Assembly (NCBI GenBank): GCA_036556205.1
Contig: DATBJW010000010.1
Span: 4,228 to 68,227 of the forward strand
Direction of reading: 5' to 3'
DNA length: 64,000 nucleotides
Source of the DNA: Gemmatimonadota bacterium
Lineage (GTDB): Bacteria > Gemmatimonadota > Gemmatimonadetes > JACCXV01
The position numbers and the translations under genes are program-made. The notes beneath the pieces are model-generated. The model made no database searches, was not told the DNA's origin, and saw nothing but the letters and a program-made list of their open reading frames with translations. How positions within the stretch are numbered: the stretch's first letter is position 1; every line of letters starts with the position of its first letter. Below, one piece after another: positions 20,104-29,365 of this stretch.

Positions 20104-23075
20104 GCCGCCACGGCCGGCCCGCGCCGCCCGCCGGGCCGGCCCCGCCCCGGCGGTCTGGAGCGCCGGGACGGCGCCGGGGAGCCGCCCGCGGGCCGCGGCC
20201 AGGCGGGCCGCTCCGCACGAGCCGCCGCCAGGCGGCCGCGGAGAAAGCGGCCCGTCACCGACTCGGGCGCGTTCGCCACGTCCGAGGGCGAGCCCTCGGC
20301 CACCACCCGACCCCCCTGCTCGCCCCCGCCGGGACCCAGGTCGATCACGTGATCCACGCGGGCCACGAGGTCCAGATGATGCTCCACCATGACGACCGTG
20401 TTCCCGCGCTCGACCAGGTCGCGCAGGATGCGCAGCAGGCGTGAGAGGTCCTCGGCGTGGAGGCCGACGGACGGCTCGTCGAGCACGTAGAGCATGCCGC
20501 GCGCGGTGCGGGATCCGGGCCGCAGCTCGCGCGCGATCTTGAGCCGCTGGGCTTCCCCGCCCGAGAGGGTCGGCGCGGGCTGTCCGAGACGCAGGTAGCC
20601 AAGGCCCACCGACTGCAGCACCCACAAGCGGCGTCCGACCTCGGGGTCTCCCGCGAAGGCGGACATGGCCTCGTCCACCGTCAGGCGCAGCACGTCGGCG
20701 ATCGTGCGGCCGCGATAGCCGATCCCCAGCGCCTCGCGGGAATAGCGCGAGCCACCGCAGTCGGGGCACGTCACGAAGACGTCGGGCAGGAACTGCATCT
20801 CCACCCGCTCGTGTCCGTCTCCCTTGCAGGTCTCGCAGCGCCCGCCGGCCACGTTGAACGAGAAGTAGCCGGGCCCCAGACCGCGGGCGCGCGCCAGCGG
20901 CGTCGCCGCGAAGCGGGCGCGGATCGCGTCGAAGGCGCCGACGTACGTCACCGGATTCGAGCGCGGGCTCTTTCCGATCGGGCTCTGGTCCACCAGCGCC
21001 ACGCCGCTCAGAGCCTCCCAGCCGGTGAGGGCGCGGTACGCCCCGACGGTCTCGCCCAGATAGGGCTTGCCCGTCCTGGCGCCCAGCCGCTCGGCCACGG
21101 CCCGGACCAGCGTGTCGCGCACGAGGGTGCTCTTGCCGGAGCCGCTCACGCCGGTCACGGCGGTGATGGCCTCGAGCGGAAAGCGCACGTCGAGCCCGCG
21201 CAGGTTCCGCGCCCGGGCGCCCCGCAGGATCAGCGCCGGCGTCTCCGAACGGCGGCGGCGGGTTCGCTCGCTCGCCGAGACGGCACCCATCGGCTCGCTC
21301 CGCGACCCGCACGCCGCCGCCCGTCCGGGTGCCGGCCGCGGGGGCAGGGTCCGGCGCCCCGTCAGGTACTGGGCGGTCAGGCACTCCGAAGCCGGCAGCG
21401 CCGCCCGGTCGCCGCTGAAGGTGACCTGGCCGCCGCGCTCTCCCGCGCCGGGCCCGAGCTCGACCACCCAGTCGGCGGCCGCGATCACGTCCAGGTCGTG
21501 CTCGACCACGAGCACGGTGTTGCCGCGCTCGCGCAGACGCTTGAGGATCTCGACGAGCCGCGCCGTGTCCGAGGCGTGGAGCCCGACCGATGGCTCGTCG
21601 AGCACGTAGAGCGTGTCCACCAATCGCGCCCCCAGTGCGTTCGCGAGACCGATGCGCTGCGCCTCGCCGCCGGAGAGCGACCGGGTGGCGCGGTCGAGCG
21701 TCAGGTAGCCGAGCCCCACGGACTCCACGATCTCGAGCCGCGCGTCCAGCTCCTCGAGGAGCAGCCGTCCGACCTCGCGGGCTTGGGCCGGGAGCTCCAG
21801 CCGGCCGAGATACGCGCGCAGGTCGCGCACCGGGAGGGCGCAGAGGTCGGCGAACGAGGCGCCGCCGAGCCGCACGTTCAGCGCCTCGGGGCGCAGACGG
21901 GTGCCGCGGCAGACGGGGCAGTCGCCGAGCTTCTGATAGCGGCGCAGGAAGAATCGCACGTAGGCCTTGTACTTCTTGGACGTAAGGGACTCGAGAAACG
22001 GGATCACGCCCTCGAAGCCGTCGCCGCCGTGGAGCAGGATCGCGCGGTCGGCGGGCTCGAGCTCGGCGAAGGCCGCGTCCAGGGGCACTCCTCGGGCGCG
22101 GCAGAAGGCGAAGAGCTTGCGGCGCCGCCCCTCGTAGCGGGGCGCGGTCCAGGGGTCCAGCGCGCCCTCGCGCAGCGACCGGCGCGGCTCGGGCACGATC
22201 ACGTCGGGGTGGAATTCGAGCAGGTTGCCGAAGCCCCGGCAGCGTCCGCAGGCGCCGTAGGCGTTGTTGAAGGAGAAGAAGCCCGGCGTGGGACGCGGGA
22301 ACGCGCGCTCGCAGCGCCGGCAGCGGAAGTGGCGGGTGAAGGCGAGCCGCTCGCCGCCCGCGCCGCCCACCACCGCCACCGCCTCGCCCTCTCCCTCGCG
22401 GAAGGCGGTCGCCAGCGCTTCCGACACGCGGCCGCGGTAGCCGTCCTGGCCCGCGGCCAGACGGTCGGCGACGACCAGCATGTCGCCGGCGTCGAGCGGC
22501 GCCGCCGGATCCTCGAGCGAGACCTCGCGACCGCCGGCCAGCACGCGCACGAAGCCCAGCGCCAGCAGATTCTCGCGCAGGACCTGCGCGGTGGCGCGCG
22601 CCGAGCGCGGCAGGGGAAAGGCCACGTGAACGCGCGTTCCCGGCGCCAGCGCGGCGAGGCGCCCCGCCGCGCTCTCCACCGTGTCGGGCCGCACCTCGAT
22701 CCCGCACTCGGGGCAGACGGTCTCCCCCACGCGGGCGAAGAGGAGCCGCAGGTAGTCGGCGGCCTCGGTGGCCGTGCCGACCGTCGAACGCGAGCTCACC
22801 GTCGTGTTGCGGCTCTGGATCGCGACCGTGGGCGGGATGTTCTCGATGCCGTCCACGTCCGGCCGGTCGAGCCGCTCCAGGAACTGCTTGGCGTACGTGG
22901 ACAGGGACTCGACGTAGCGCCGCTGGCCCTCCGCGTGCAGGGTATCCAGCGCGAGCGAGGACTTGCCCGAGCCCGACACTCCGGTGAGCGCGATCAGACG
23001 GCCGCGCGGGAGGTCCAGGTCGAAGCCCTTGAGGTTGTGCTGGCGGGCGCCGCGAAGGCGGATCGGAGCGGGCAT
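20100..23075 (-). CDS. uvrA: Excinuclease ABC subunit A
   Basis: Two ABC ATPase modules (GVSGSGKSSLA and GVSGSGKSTLV; LSGGEAQR twice). Zinc modules (CPECG, CRRC..CGRC, CPVC, CETC..CPDC). Start at the ATG at 23075 (MPAPIRLRGARQHNLKG). Has an Arg/Pro/Gly-rich C-terminal tail of about 45 aa. Confidence 0.95.
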   Translation of the reverse strand: MPAPIRLRGARQHNLKGFDLDLPRGRLIALTGVSGSGKSSLALDTLHAEGQRRYVESLSTYAKQFLERLDRPDVDGIENIPPTVAIQSRNTTVSSRSTVGTATEAADYLRLLFARVGETVCPECGIEVRPDTVESAAGRLAALAPGTRVHVAFPLPRSARATAQVLRENLLALGFVRVLAGGREVSLEDPAAPLDAGDMLVVADRLAAGQDGYRGRVSEALATAFREGEGEAVAVVGGAGGERLAFTRHFRCRRCERAFPRPTPGFFSFNNAYGACGRCRGFGNLLEFHPDVIVPEPRRSLREGALDPWTAPRYEGRRRKLFAFCRARGVPLDAAFAELEPADRAILLHGGDGFEGVIPFLESLTSKKYKAYVRFFLRRYQKLGDCPVCRGTRLRPEALNVRLGGASFADLCALPVRDLRAYLGRLELPAQAREVGRLLLEELDARLEIVESVGLGYLTLDRATRSLSGGEAQRIGLANALGARLVDTLYVLDEPSVGLHASDTARLVEILKRLRERGNTVLVVEHDLDVIAAADWVVELGPGAGERGGQVTFSGDRAALPASECLTAQYLTGRRTLPPRPAPGRAAACGSRSEPMGAVSASERTRRRRSETPALILRGARARNLRGLDVRFPLEAITAVTGVSGSGKSTLVRDTLVRAVAERLGARTGKPYLGETVGAYRALTGWEALSGVALVDQSPIGKSPRSNPVTYVGAFDAIRARFAATPLARARGLGPGYFSFNVAGGRCETCKGDGHERVEMQFLPDVFVTCPDCGGSRYSREALGIGYRGRTIADVLRLTVDEAMSAFAGDPEVGRRLWVLQSVGLGYLRLGQPAPTLSGGEAQRLKIARELRPGSRTARGMLYVLDEPSVGLHAEDLSRLLRILRDLVERGNTVVMVEHHLDLVARVDHVIDLGPGGGEQGGRVVAEGSPSDVANAPESVTGRFLRGRLAAARAERPAWPRPAGGSPAPSRRSRPPGRGRPGGRRGPAVAA

Positions 23076-23243
23076 GGAGCTAAGATTCGAGGCGCGCCGC
23101 GGGATGCGCAAATCGCGCCGCCCGCCGGGTCGGCCGGACCCGTCGGGCGCCGGCCGCCGCGTCGGCGATTGACGGAGCCTCTCGGCTCGGTCAGCTTCAT
23201 TCGCTCTCGCCCGCCTCGACGCGACCCTCTCCGCTGACGTGGA

Positions 23244-23873
23244 ATGCCCCGACGGCGCCAGCAGCCCGGACCCAGCTCACCCGCGCACGCGGCGGTGCTG
23301 GCGGAGTGCCTCCAGCACATGGACGCGCTGTACCGGGCCGCTCTGCGCATGACCGGCAACCCGGCCGATGCGGAGGATCTCGTCCAGGACACCTACTTCA
23401 AGGCCACGCGCTCGATCGACCGCTACCAGGAGAGCGCCGGCACGCGCGCCTGGCTCTTCCGCATCCTCACGAACGCCTACATCGACCGCTACCGGCAGCG
23501 CATGCGCGCCCCGGAGACGGTGGAGCTCACGGACGACCCCGGCCTCTACGACCTGTTCCTGGAGACGCGCCAGGGGACCGACGCCGACGCGTCGGACAGC
23601 GCCGGCTGGACGGATGCCGAGCTGGAGTCCTTCCTGGCCAGGTTCGTGGGCGACGAGGTCAAGGCCGCGGTGGAGTCGCTGCCGCCGGCCTTCCGGATGG
23701 TCGTGATCCTGCGGGACGTCGAGGGCTTCTCCTATCGGGAGATCGCGGAGATGCTGGACGTGCCGGTGGGCACCGTGATGAGCCGCCTGTTCCGGGGGCG
23801 GCGCGCGCTCCAGGCCCGGCTCGCCGACTACGCGCGCACGCACGGCTACGCGCCGCGCCCGCGCACGACTTGA
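23244..23873 (+). CDS. ECF-type sigma-70 family RNA polymerase sigma factor
   Basis: Region 2 (AEDLVQDTYFKA..., WLFRILTNAYIDRYR) and region 4 (FSYREIAEMLDVPVGTVMSRLFRGRRAL), joined by a long acidic linker. Confidence 0.85.
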   Translation: MPRRRQQPGPSSPAHAAVLAECLQHMDALYRAALRMTGNPADAEDLVQDTYFKATRSIDRYQESAGTRAWLFRILTNAYIDRYRQRMRAPETVELTDDPGLYDLFLETRQGTDADASDSAGWTDAELESFLARFVGDEVKAAVESLPPAFRMVVILRDVEGFSYREIAEMLDVPVGTVMSRLFRGRRALQARLADYARTHGYAPRPRTT

Positions 23874-23894
23874 CCGCGCGCGACGTGACCGCGC

Positions 23895-24335
23895 TCAGGC
23901 CAGGTCGCCGGTCGTCAGCAAGCGCGACACCTGCGCGTGCACGAGGACCACGGCGGGATCGCGCTGCAGAACGTCCCAGTACTGGGTCCCGAAGGTGGGG
24001 ACGGGGGCGGCGGGTCCTTCCTCCGACGGCGTGAGCAGCGACCGAGCCTGGTCCAGCGCGCCGCGCAGCTCGTCGACCGTCGCGGGCTCCTCGGCCTCCA
24101 GCAGCTCGTCCATCCGGATCACCAGCTCGGAGAGCGGGCGCAGCCAGGCGAACCAGGGGTCGTGGATCACGGCCTGCAGCAACTCGCCGCTCGAGGCCAC
24201 GCGGCCGTGGACCCGCTCGTACGTGACGCGCTCGGAATCCACCAGGGCCTTGTGGAGCCGCACGAGCCCCTGCCGCAGCACGGCCACTCGCCGGCGCAAG
24301 TTCTCCGCGGACGGGTCCAGACGCGCCTCCGGCAT
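23895..24335 (-). CDS. Hypothetical helical protein
   Basis: 146-aa ORF with non-junk composition (DPWFAWLRPLSELVIRMDELLEAEE...). No motif recognised. Confidence 0.45.
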   Translation of the reverse strand: MPEARLDPSAENLRRRVAVLRQGLVRLHKALVDSERVTYERVHGRVASSGELLQAVIHDPWFAWLRPLSELVIRMDELLEAEEPATVDELRGALDQARSLLTPSEEGPAAPVPTFGTQYWDVLQRDPAVVLVHAQVSRLLTTGDLA

Positions 24336-24346
24336 CGCCGCTCGAG

Positions 24347-25165
24347 CTAGATATCGCAGGCCACCTCGAAGAGCGCCGTCGCGACCTGATTCTCGACGAC
24401 CTCCACGGGGCGGACCGCCTGCCCTTGCAGCACGCAGTTGGGCGCCACCCCCGACAGGCCCACCAGGTGGGACCCCGCGCCCAGGGACGACACCGTCAGC
24501 GTGTCGTTCACGCCGACCGGTCCCGCCGGACCGTCGTCGACGGACACCTCGTACCCGTCGGGGTCGAGCCGGGCGCCTACGCTGGTCGTGATGACGCGCA
24601 CGCTCCCCGTGTCCGCCTCGTCGACCCAGACGGCGAAGGGGCTGAAGGCAGAGATCTGCCCGCCGACGCCGCGGCGCGTCGCCTGCAGCCGGATCGACTG
24701 CCCGTCGTCCAGGACGTGGATGTTCGTCAGCTCTTCGATCTGGCCGTTCGGGTTCAGCTTGCCGAGCGTCAGATCCTCAAGGCCCACCCCCTTCGGCAGC
24801 AGGTCGGCGTCGAAGAAGATCTGGACCTCGACCGGGACCCGGAACGTCTGTCCGTCGGGGCCGAACCGATAGGTTTCGGAGACGCGCCGCTTGGCGAGGA
24901 GCGCCGGCGGCAGGGAGTCCTCGGGCAGCCTCCGGATGCTGATCAGCGTGCTGGCGTCGAGCGCGCCGGCCGGAATCAAGACCGCCGCGTTGTCGTCGTT
25001 GGTCCGCACCGCGCCGCCGGCGGGGCCGATGCGCGCCGAGCCGAAGCCGAGACCGCCGGGTCCCGAGGGTTCGTCGTCTCCACAGGCCAGACCGGCCACG
25101 ACGAAAGCGGCCGCCAGCCACGCGGCCAGGATCGCGCGGGCGACTCGCCCGGCGGGGAGAAGCAT
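24347..25165 (-). CDS. Lipoprotein with beta-rich C-terminal domain
   Basis: 272 aa at the 3' end of an 835-aa composite ORF. Lipobox VVAGLACG. C-terminal module ...GSVRVITTSVGARLDPDGYEVSVDDG...GSHLVGLSGVAPNC...FEVACDI. Confidence 0.6.
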   Translation of the reverse strand: MLLPAGRVARAILAAWLAAAFVVAGLACGDDEPSGPGGLGFGSARIGPAGGAVRTNDDNAAVLIPAGALDASTLISIRRLPEDSLPPALLAKRRVSETYRFGPDGQTFRVPVEVQIFFDADLLPKGVGLEDLTLGKLNPNGQIEELTNIHVLDDGQSIRLQATRRGVGGQISAFSPFAVWVDEADTGSVRVITTSVGARLDPDGYEVSVDDGPAGPVGVNDTLTVSSLGAGSHLVGLSGVAPNCVLQGQAVRPVEVVENQVATALFEVACDI

Positions 25166-25291
25166 CGACGGCCTCCACCAGGAGTGGTGCGGAACGGCGG
25201 AGCACCAATCTCGGCCCCTCCGCCGCGTCGCGTCCAGCCCGGATCGCCGGCCGCGCGGCGACCGTGGCGCTCGGCGGCGCCGAACGCCAGA

Positions 25292-26602
25292 ATGGTCACC
25301 CCCCGGAATCGCCCACCTTCCATCCGGAGCCCGACGACCCGCGTGCAGCTGCTCCTCTTCGGCCGGTTGGTGACACCGCTCCTGAACGGCGACGCGCTGG
25401 ACGTGGCGCCGGGTTGGCTCGCCGCCGACGGATCGGGGCACATCCTGGGCGCGGGCGGCGGCTCGCCGCCGCGCGCCCTGCGGGGCTTCGACGTCCTCGA
25501 CCTGCGCCGGTTCGTGGCCGTGCCCGGATTCGTGGACGTCCACCTGCACTATCCCCAGATCGACGTTCGCGGCCAGGGCCCCACCGAGCTGCTCGCCTGG
25601 CTCACGAGCACGATCTTCCCGGCCGAGGAGGCCTGCGCCGATCCCCGGCTCGCCCGCAATCGGGCCGCCCGGACCTTCCGCGCGCTGGCGCGCAACGGTG
25701 TCACGACCGCGGCGGTCTTCGGCTCGCCTCACCCCGCAGCCACGGACGCCGCCTTCGCCGAGGCGCGCCGGTCGGGCCTGCGCATCTTCCTCGGCATGAC
25801 GATGATGGACAGGAACGGCCCCGAGGCCCTGCTCCAGTCGCGGGAGCGCAACCTGGACGCCGCCCGACAGCTGTGCCGACGCTGGGACAAGGACGCCCGC
25901 GGCCGGCTGCGCTACATCTTTTCGCCGCGCTTCGCGCCGGCCTGCACGTTCGAGCTCCTGCGCGACACGGCGCGCGCCGCCCGCGAGCTGGACGCGCCGA
26001 TCCAGACCCACCTGGCCGAGAGCCCGCGCGAGGTGGCGTGGGTGCGCGAGCTGTTCCCCGGGGCGAGCTCGTACACCGACGTCTACCGCACGGCGGGCCT
26101 GCTCACGCCCGCCACCGTCCTGGCCCACGCGGTGCATCTCTCCGACGACGAGTGGGCGCTGCTGCGGGTCTCGGGTGCGGCGGTCGCGCATTGCCCGACC
26201 GCGAACTTCGCCCTGCGGAGCGGCGTCTTCGACCTCTCGCGGGCGGTGCGCGAGGACCTGCGCTTCGGCCTGGGGTCCGACGTGGGCGCGGGGCCGTCCT
26301 TCAGCCCCTTCGACGTCATGCGCCACGCGCTCTACCTGGCGGCGATCCCGCCCAGCGACACGCTGGCGCGAGCCACCCTGGGCGGCGCGCAGGCGCTGGG
26401 TGTGGCCGACCGCGTGGGGAGCCTGGAGGTCGAGAAGGACGCCGACCTGGTCGTGCTGGATCCGGCGGCCGCCGACGCGAACCTGGACGCGCCGCTGGAG
26501 AGCCTCCTGAGCGCGCTGATCCGGCGCAGCGGCTCGGCCGCCGTGGCGGGCGTGATGGCCCGCGGCGATTGGGTCCACACGACGCCCGATCTGGAGCACT
26601 GA
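25292..26602 (+). CDS. Amidohydrolase, guanine deaminase-like
   Basis: PGFVDVHLHYPQ metal-binding motif, IQTHLAES, HAVHL, GLGSDVGAG. The ATG at 25292 was chosen within a 725-aa composite ORF. Confidence 0.75.
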   Translation: MVTPRNRPPSIRSPTTRVQLLLFGRLVTPLLNGDALDVAPGWLAADGSGHILGAGGGSPPRALRGFDVLDLRRFVAVPGFVDVHLHYPQIDVRGQGPTELLAWLTSTIFPAEEACADPRLARNRAARTFRALARNGVTTAAVFGSPHPAATDAAFAEARRSGLRIFLGMTMMDRNGPEALLQSRERNLDAARQLCRRWDKDARGRLRYIFSPRFAPACTFELLRDTARAARELDAPIQTHLAESPREVAWVRELFPGASSYTDVYRTAGLLTPATVLAHAVHLSDDEWALLRVSGAAVAHCPTANFALRSGVFDLSRAVREDLRFGLGSDVGAGPSFSPFDVMRHALYLAAIPPSDTLARATLGGAQALGVADRVGSLEVEKDADLVVLDPAAADANLDAPLESLLSALIRRSGSAAVAGVMARGDWVHTTPDLEH

Positions 26603-26701
26603 ATCGGCCCCCTGGATGGCGGGGATGAGTTCAGGCGGATCGACCCCCGCGTGCCGAGAACGGCGATCGTGACCGACCTCAGAAAAGGAGGGTGAAGGAC
26701 C

Positions 26702-26956
26702 GTGAGGCCCATCGCGACCGACGAAGAGCTCTTCGTGAGGTGCAAGACCTGCGGCTTCCCGGTGGCCACCGGCCTGCGCGTCGCCCCGGGCGACCTCGAG
26801 ACCATCGAGATCGCTCCCCGAGCGCACCGCTGCCCGCGCTGCGGCAGCGCGCACGTGTACGAGAAGCGGGACTACTTCTACAGGGGTCCGTCGGACGCGG
26901 GCCGGCGGTCGGCAGCGCCGCGAGATGACGCAGCGCCGGGCGCGAGAGGCGGCTAG
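26702..26956 (+). CDS. Small zinc-ribbon protein
   Basis: 84 aa with CKTCG ... CPRCG. AGGAGG-like Shine-Dalgarno (aaaaggaggg) 8-10 nt upstream of the GTG. Confidence 0.5.
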   Translation: MRPIATDEELFVRCKTCGFPVATGLRVAPGDLETIEIAPRAHRCPRCGSAHVYEKRDYFYRGPSDAGRRSAAPRDDAAPGARGG

Positions 26957-27192
26957 CGGTCGTCCAGCGTGCGGAGGAACTCCTCGACCAGCTCGTGGTC
27001 CTCGGAGGTCGGCATGGGATCGCGCGAGGGAACCGGATGGCGCTCGGGCTCGATCCGGCGACGGGCCGGCCGCACGGGAGTCTTGCGGCGCTTGCGCCGG
27101 CCGTTGAGCCAGAGCACGACCACCACCGCCGCGCCCACGAAGATCCCCGCCACGAGGCAGATCGTCGCCAGAGCGTTCCAGGGGAGGCTCAT
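26953..27192 (-). CDS. Small single-pass membrane protein
   Basis: 79 aa. N-terminal TM ALATICLVAGIFVGAAVVVVLWL followed by a basic stretch RRKRRK. Confidence 0.4.
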   Translation of the reverse strand: MSLPWNALATICLVAGIFVGAAVVVVLWLNGRRKRRKTPVRPARRRIEPERHPVPSRDPMPTSEDHELVEEFLRTLDDR

Positions 27193-27305
27193 CGAGGTCT
27201 TCGGGGACGGCGTTCCGGACCGGAAGGAAGGTCGAAGCCCAACCTAGCTAGCGGTCCGGCGGGCCGCAAGCAACGCGCTTCCACGCCGCGCGGCGGAGCT
27301 GGGAA

Positions 27306-27381
27306 TGGTGAGCCCGGAAGGATTCGAACCTTCGACTCGCGGCTTAAAAGGCCGCTACTCTACCAGCTGAGTTACGGGCTC
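27306..27381 (-). tRNA. tRNA-Lys (anticodon UUU), CCA encoded
   Basis: Folded by hand. Acceptor GAGCCCG/CGGGCTC. D stem ACTC/GAGT. Anticodon stem GCGGC/GCCGC with loop CUUUUAA. T stem GAAGG/CCTTC with loop TTCGAAT. Discriminator A plus CCA. Confidence 0.95.
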
Positions 27382-27446
27382 GCGGAAGGCGGGAGGCGAA
27401 TATACCGGGGGCCCTTCGCCGCCTGCAACCGAGGACGGACCACGCC

Positions 27447-28826
27447 TCATCGCGGCGCTCGCTCGCCGGCTCCGCCGCACCGGGGGCCCACCACCGGCGG
27501 CTCCAGGGCCATGATCTGATCCCGCTCGGTTCCCACCGAGACGCGTCGGATCGGCACCCCCACCAGTTCCTGGATGCGCTCCAAGTAGCGCCGCGCGCCG
27601 GGCGGGAGCTGGCCGGGGTCTCGCGCTTCGGCCGTCGACTCCGCCCAACCCTCCACCTCCTCGTAGATCGGTTCGCAGTTCTCGAGCAGGCTCAGGCTGC
27701 CCGGGAAGAAGTCGAGCTTCTCCCCACCCTTGAGCCCGAGCATCGAGCTCGCCGAGGCGGCATCGCCGCGGAAACGGTAGCCCGTGCAGATCCGGATCGA
27801 GGGCAGCCCGTCCAGCACGTCCAGCTTGGTCACCGCCAGCTCGGTCAGACCGTTGATGCGCGCGGCGTAGCGCACGACGACCGCGTCGAACCATCCGCAG
27901 CGCCGGGGGCGCCCGGTCGTGGCTCCGTACTCGCCGCCCGCCTCGCGCAGCCTCTCACCCATCGCATCGGTCAGCTCCGTCGGCAGCGGCCCGTTGCCGA
28001 CGCGCGTCGTGTAGGCCTTCACGACGCCCACGATGCTGTCCAGCGTCCGCGGGCCGATCCCCACACCGATCGCGGCCCCTCCCGCGGTCGTGCTGGAGGA
28101 AGTCACGTAGGGATAGGTGCCGTGGTCGAGGTCCAGGAGCGAGCCCTGGGCGCCTTCGAGGAGCACGCTCCGGCCCTCGGACAGCGCTGCGTAGATCGCC
28201 TTCGACACGTCGGCCGAGAGGCGCAGCAAGCCCTCGCGGTAGGCCGACACCTCGGCCACCACGTCCTCGAGGCGGATCCGCTCGGCGGAGCCCAGCACCT
28301 CGAGCCAGCGGTTCTTCTGCTCGACGTTGGCCTCGAGCATCGCTCGCAGACGCTGCGGGTCCCACAGGTCGGCGACCCGGATCCCCATGCGGCCGGCCTT
28401 GTCTTCGTAAGCGGGCCCGATGCCGCGTCCGGTGGTGCCGATCGGCGCCGCGCCACGGGTGCGCTCTTTGGCGGCGTCGAGGAGACGATGGTACGAAAGG
28501 AGCAGGTGCGCGCGGTTGGAGACCTTCAGGCGGTCTCCCACGACGACGCCGCGGCGCTCCAGCTCGTCGAGCTCCTCGTAGAAACGCGCCGCGTCGAGCA
28601 CGACCCCGTTTCCGAGCAGGCAGATCTTGCGCGGGTGCAGGATCCCCGAGGGCACCTGGTGGAGCACGAAGCGCTCGTCGCCGACCACGACCGTGTGCCC
28701 CGCGTTGGCGCCGCCCTGGTAGCGGGCGATGATGTCGGCTTCGCGGGCGAGAACGTCCACGATCTTGCCCTTCCCTTCGTCGCCCCACTGCGCGCCGACC
28801 ACGACCTGACAGAGTCCCGCTCTCAT
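27447..28826 (-). CDS. purA: Adenylosuccinate synthetase
   Basis: GAQWGDEGKGK P-loop, GGANAGHT, GTTGRGIGPAYEDK, TTRVGNGP. ATG at 28826 preceded by GGGAGG. Confidence 0.95.
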   Translation of the reverse strand: MRAGLCQVVVGAQWGDEGKGKIVDVLAREADIIARYQGGANAGHTVVVGDERFVLHQVPSGILHPRKICLLGNGVVLDAARFYEELDELERRGVVVGDRLKVSNRAHLLLSYHRLLDAAKERTRGAAPIGTTGRGIGPAYEDKAGRMGIRVADLWDPQRLRAMLEANVEQKNRWLEVLGSAERIRLEDVVAEVSAYREGLLRLSADVSKAIYAALSEGRSVLLEGAQGSLLDLDHGTYPYVTSSSTTAGGAAIGVGIGPRTLDSIVGVVKAYTTRVGNGPLPTELTDAMGERLREAGGEYGATTGRPRRCGWFDAVVVRYAARINGLTELAVTKLDVLDGLPSIRICTGYRFRGDAASASSMLGLKGGEKLDFFPGSLSLLENCEPIYEEVEGWAESTAEARDPGQLPPGARRYLERIQELVGVPIRRVSVGTERDQIMALEPPVVGPRCGGAGERAPR

Positions 28827-28834
28827 GACCTCCC

Positions 28835-29347
28835 TCAGCCGACTTTCCAGACGATCAGGACCGCGATCACGACCCCGATCGCCACCTTGACGGCGACCGC
28901 CGCGACGCGACCCACGAAGGCACCCAGACCCGCCCGCCAACTCGACCGGAACGTCTTCGATTTCCAGAGCTCGAGCGCGAACGCCCCCGCGAAGGCGCCC
29001 ACGAAGGCGCCCACGAGGGTCCCCACCAGCGGGAAGATCGGCGAGAGCGCGAGCGCGCCCGCGATGCCTCCCAGAAAGGCTCCCCACATGCCCCAGCGGC
29101 TGGCCCCGAAGCGCCGCGCGGCGACCACTCCCAGCAGGGCCTCGACCGCCTCGGCCACCAGCGCCAGCCCGACCAGCAGCGCCAGGAACGGAAGGCTCAG
29201 CTCGTCCGACCGGCCCAGCACGCGGTGCAGGACCGCGGCTCCGACCATCACCCACAGGCCGGGCAGCCCCAGCGGGATCAGCAGCAGGCCGACGGCGAGA
29301 GCCCCGAAGACCAGCAGGTCGGCCGGGCTCAGGGCCTCAGGGGGCAC
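28835..29347 (-). CDS. DUF456-like polytopic membrane protein
   Basis: 170 aa with four Gly/Ala-rich TM helices. LGLPGLWVMVGAAVL context is reminiscent of DUF456. 8 nt upstream of purA. Confidence 0.55.
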   Translation of the reverse strand: MPPEALSPADLLVFGALAVGLLLIPLGLPGLWVMVGAAVLHRVLGRSDELSLPFLALLVGLALVAEAVEALLGVVAARRFGASRWGMWGAFLGGIAGALALSPIFPLVGTLVGAFVGAFAGAFALELWKSKTFRSSWRAGLGAFVGRVAAVAVKVAIGVVIAVLIVWKVG

Positions 29348-29365
29348 GGCCCACCCCGTGGCGTC

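Noticed and set aside
18382-22707. A 1441-aa ORF that could be read as one giant protein.
   Set aside because: Its first ~868 codons are an Arg/Gly/Pro/Ala-rich shadow frame of uvrA, which occupies another frame on the same strand. Only the last 573 codons (from the GTG at 20103) have protein-like composition, a lipobox and a peptidase motif.
23076-23243. SOS/LexA operator upstream of uvrA.
   Set aside because: I found no CTGT-N8-ACAG, GAAC-N4-GTTC or other clear palindrome of known LexA-box type in the uvrA/ECF sigma divergent region. The LexA motif of this lineage is unknown to me, so absence is not proven.
23895-24335. The 146-aa convergent ORF as the anti-sigma factor of the neighbouring ECF sigma.
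   Set aside because: It is on the opposite strand and so is not cotranscribed. It has no TM helix and no zinc-binding anti-sigma (HxxxCxxC) motif.
25166-25291. Purine riboswitch upstream of the guanine-deaminase-like gene. Likewise a glycine riboswitch upstream of the GcvT-like gene (49957-50002).
   Set aside because: The leaders are short and GC-rich, with only trivial hairpins. They lack the conserved purine-riboswitch or glycine-riboswitch core sequences.
26700-27381. tRNA-Lys as the integration site of a genomic island.
   Set aside because: There is no integrase, no phage or mobility genes, and no direct repeat of the tRNA 3' end in the flanking 10 kb that I could see. The flanking genes (purA, guanine deaminase-like, small ORFs) look like core genome.
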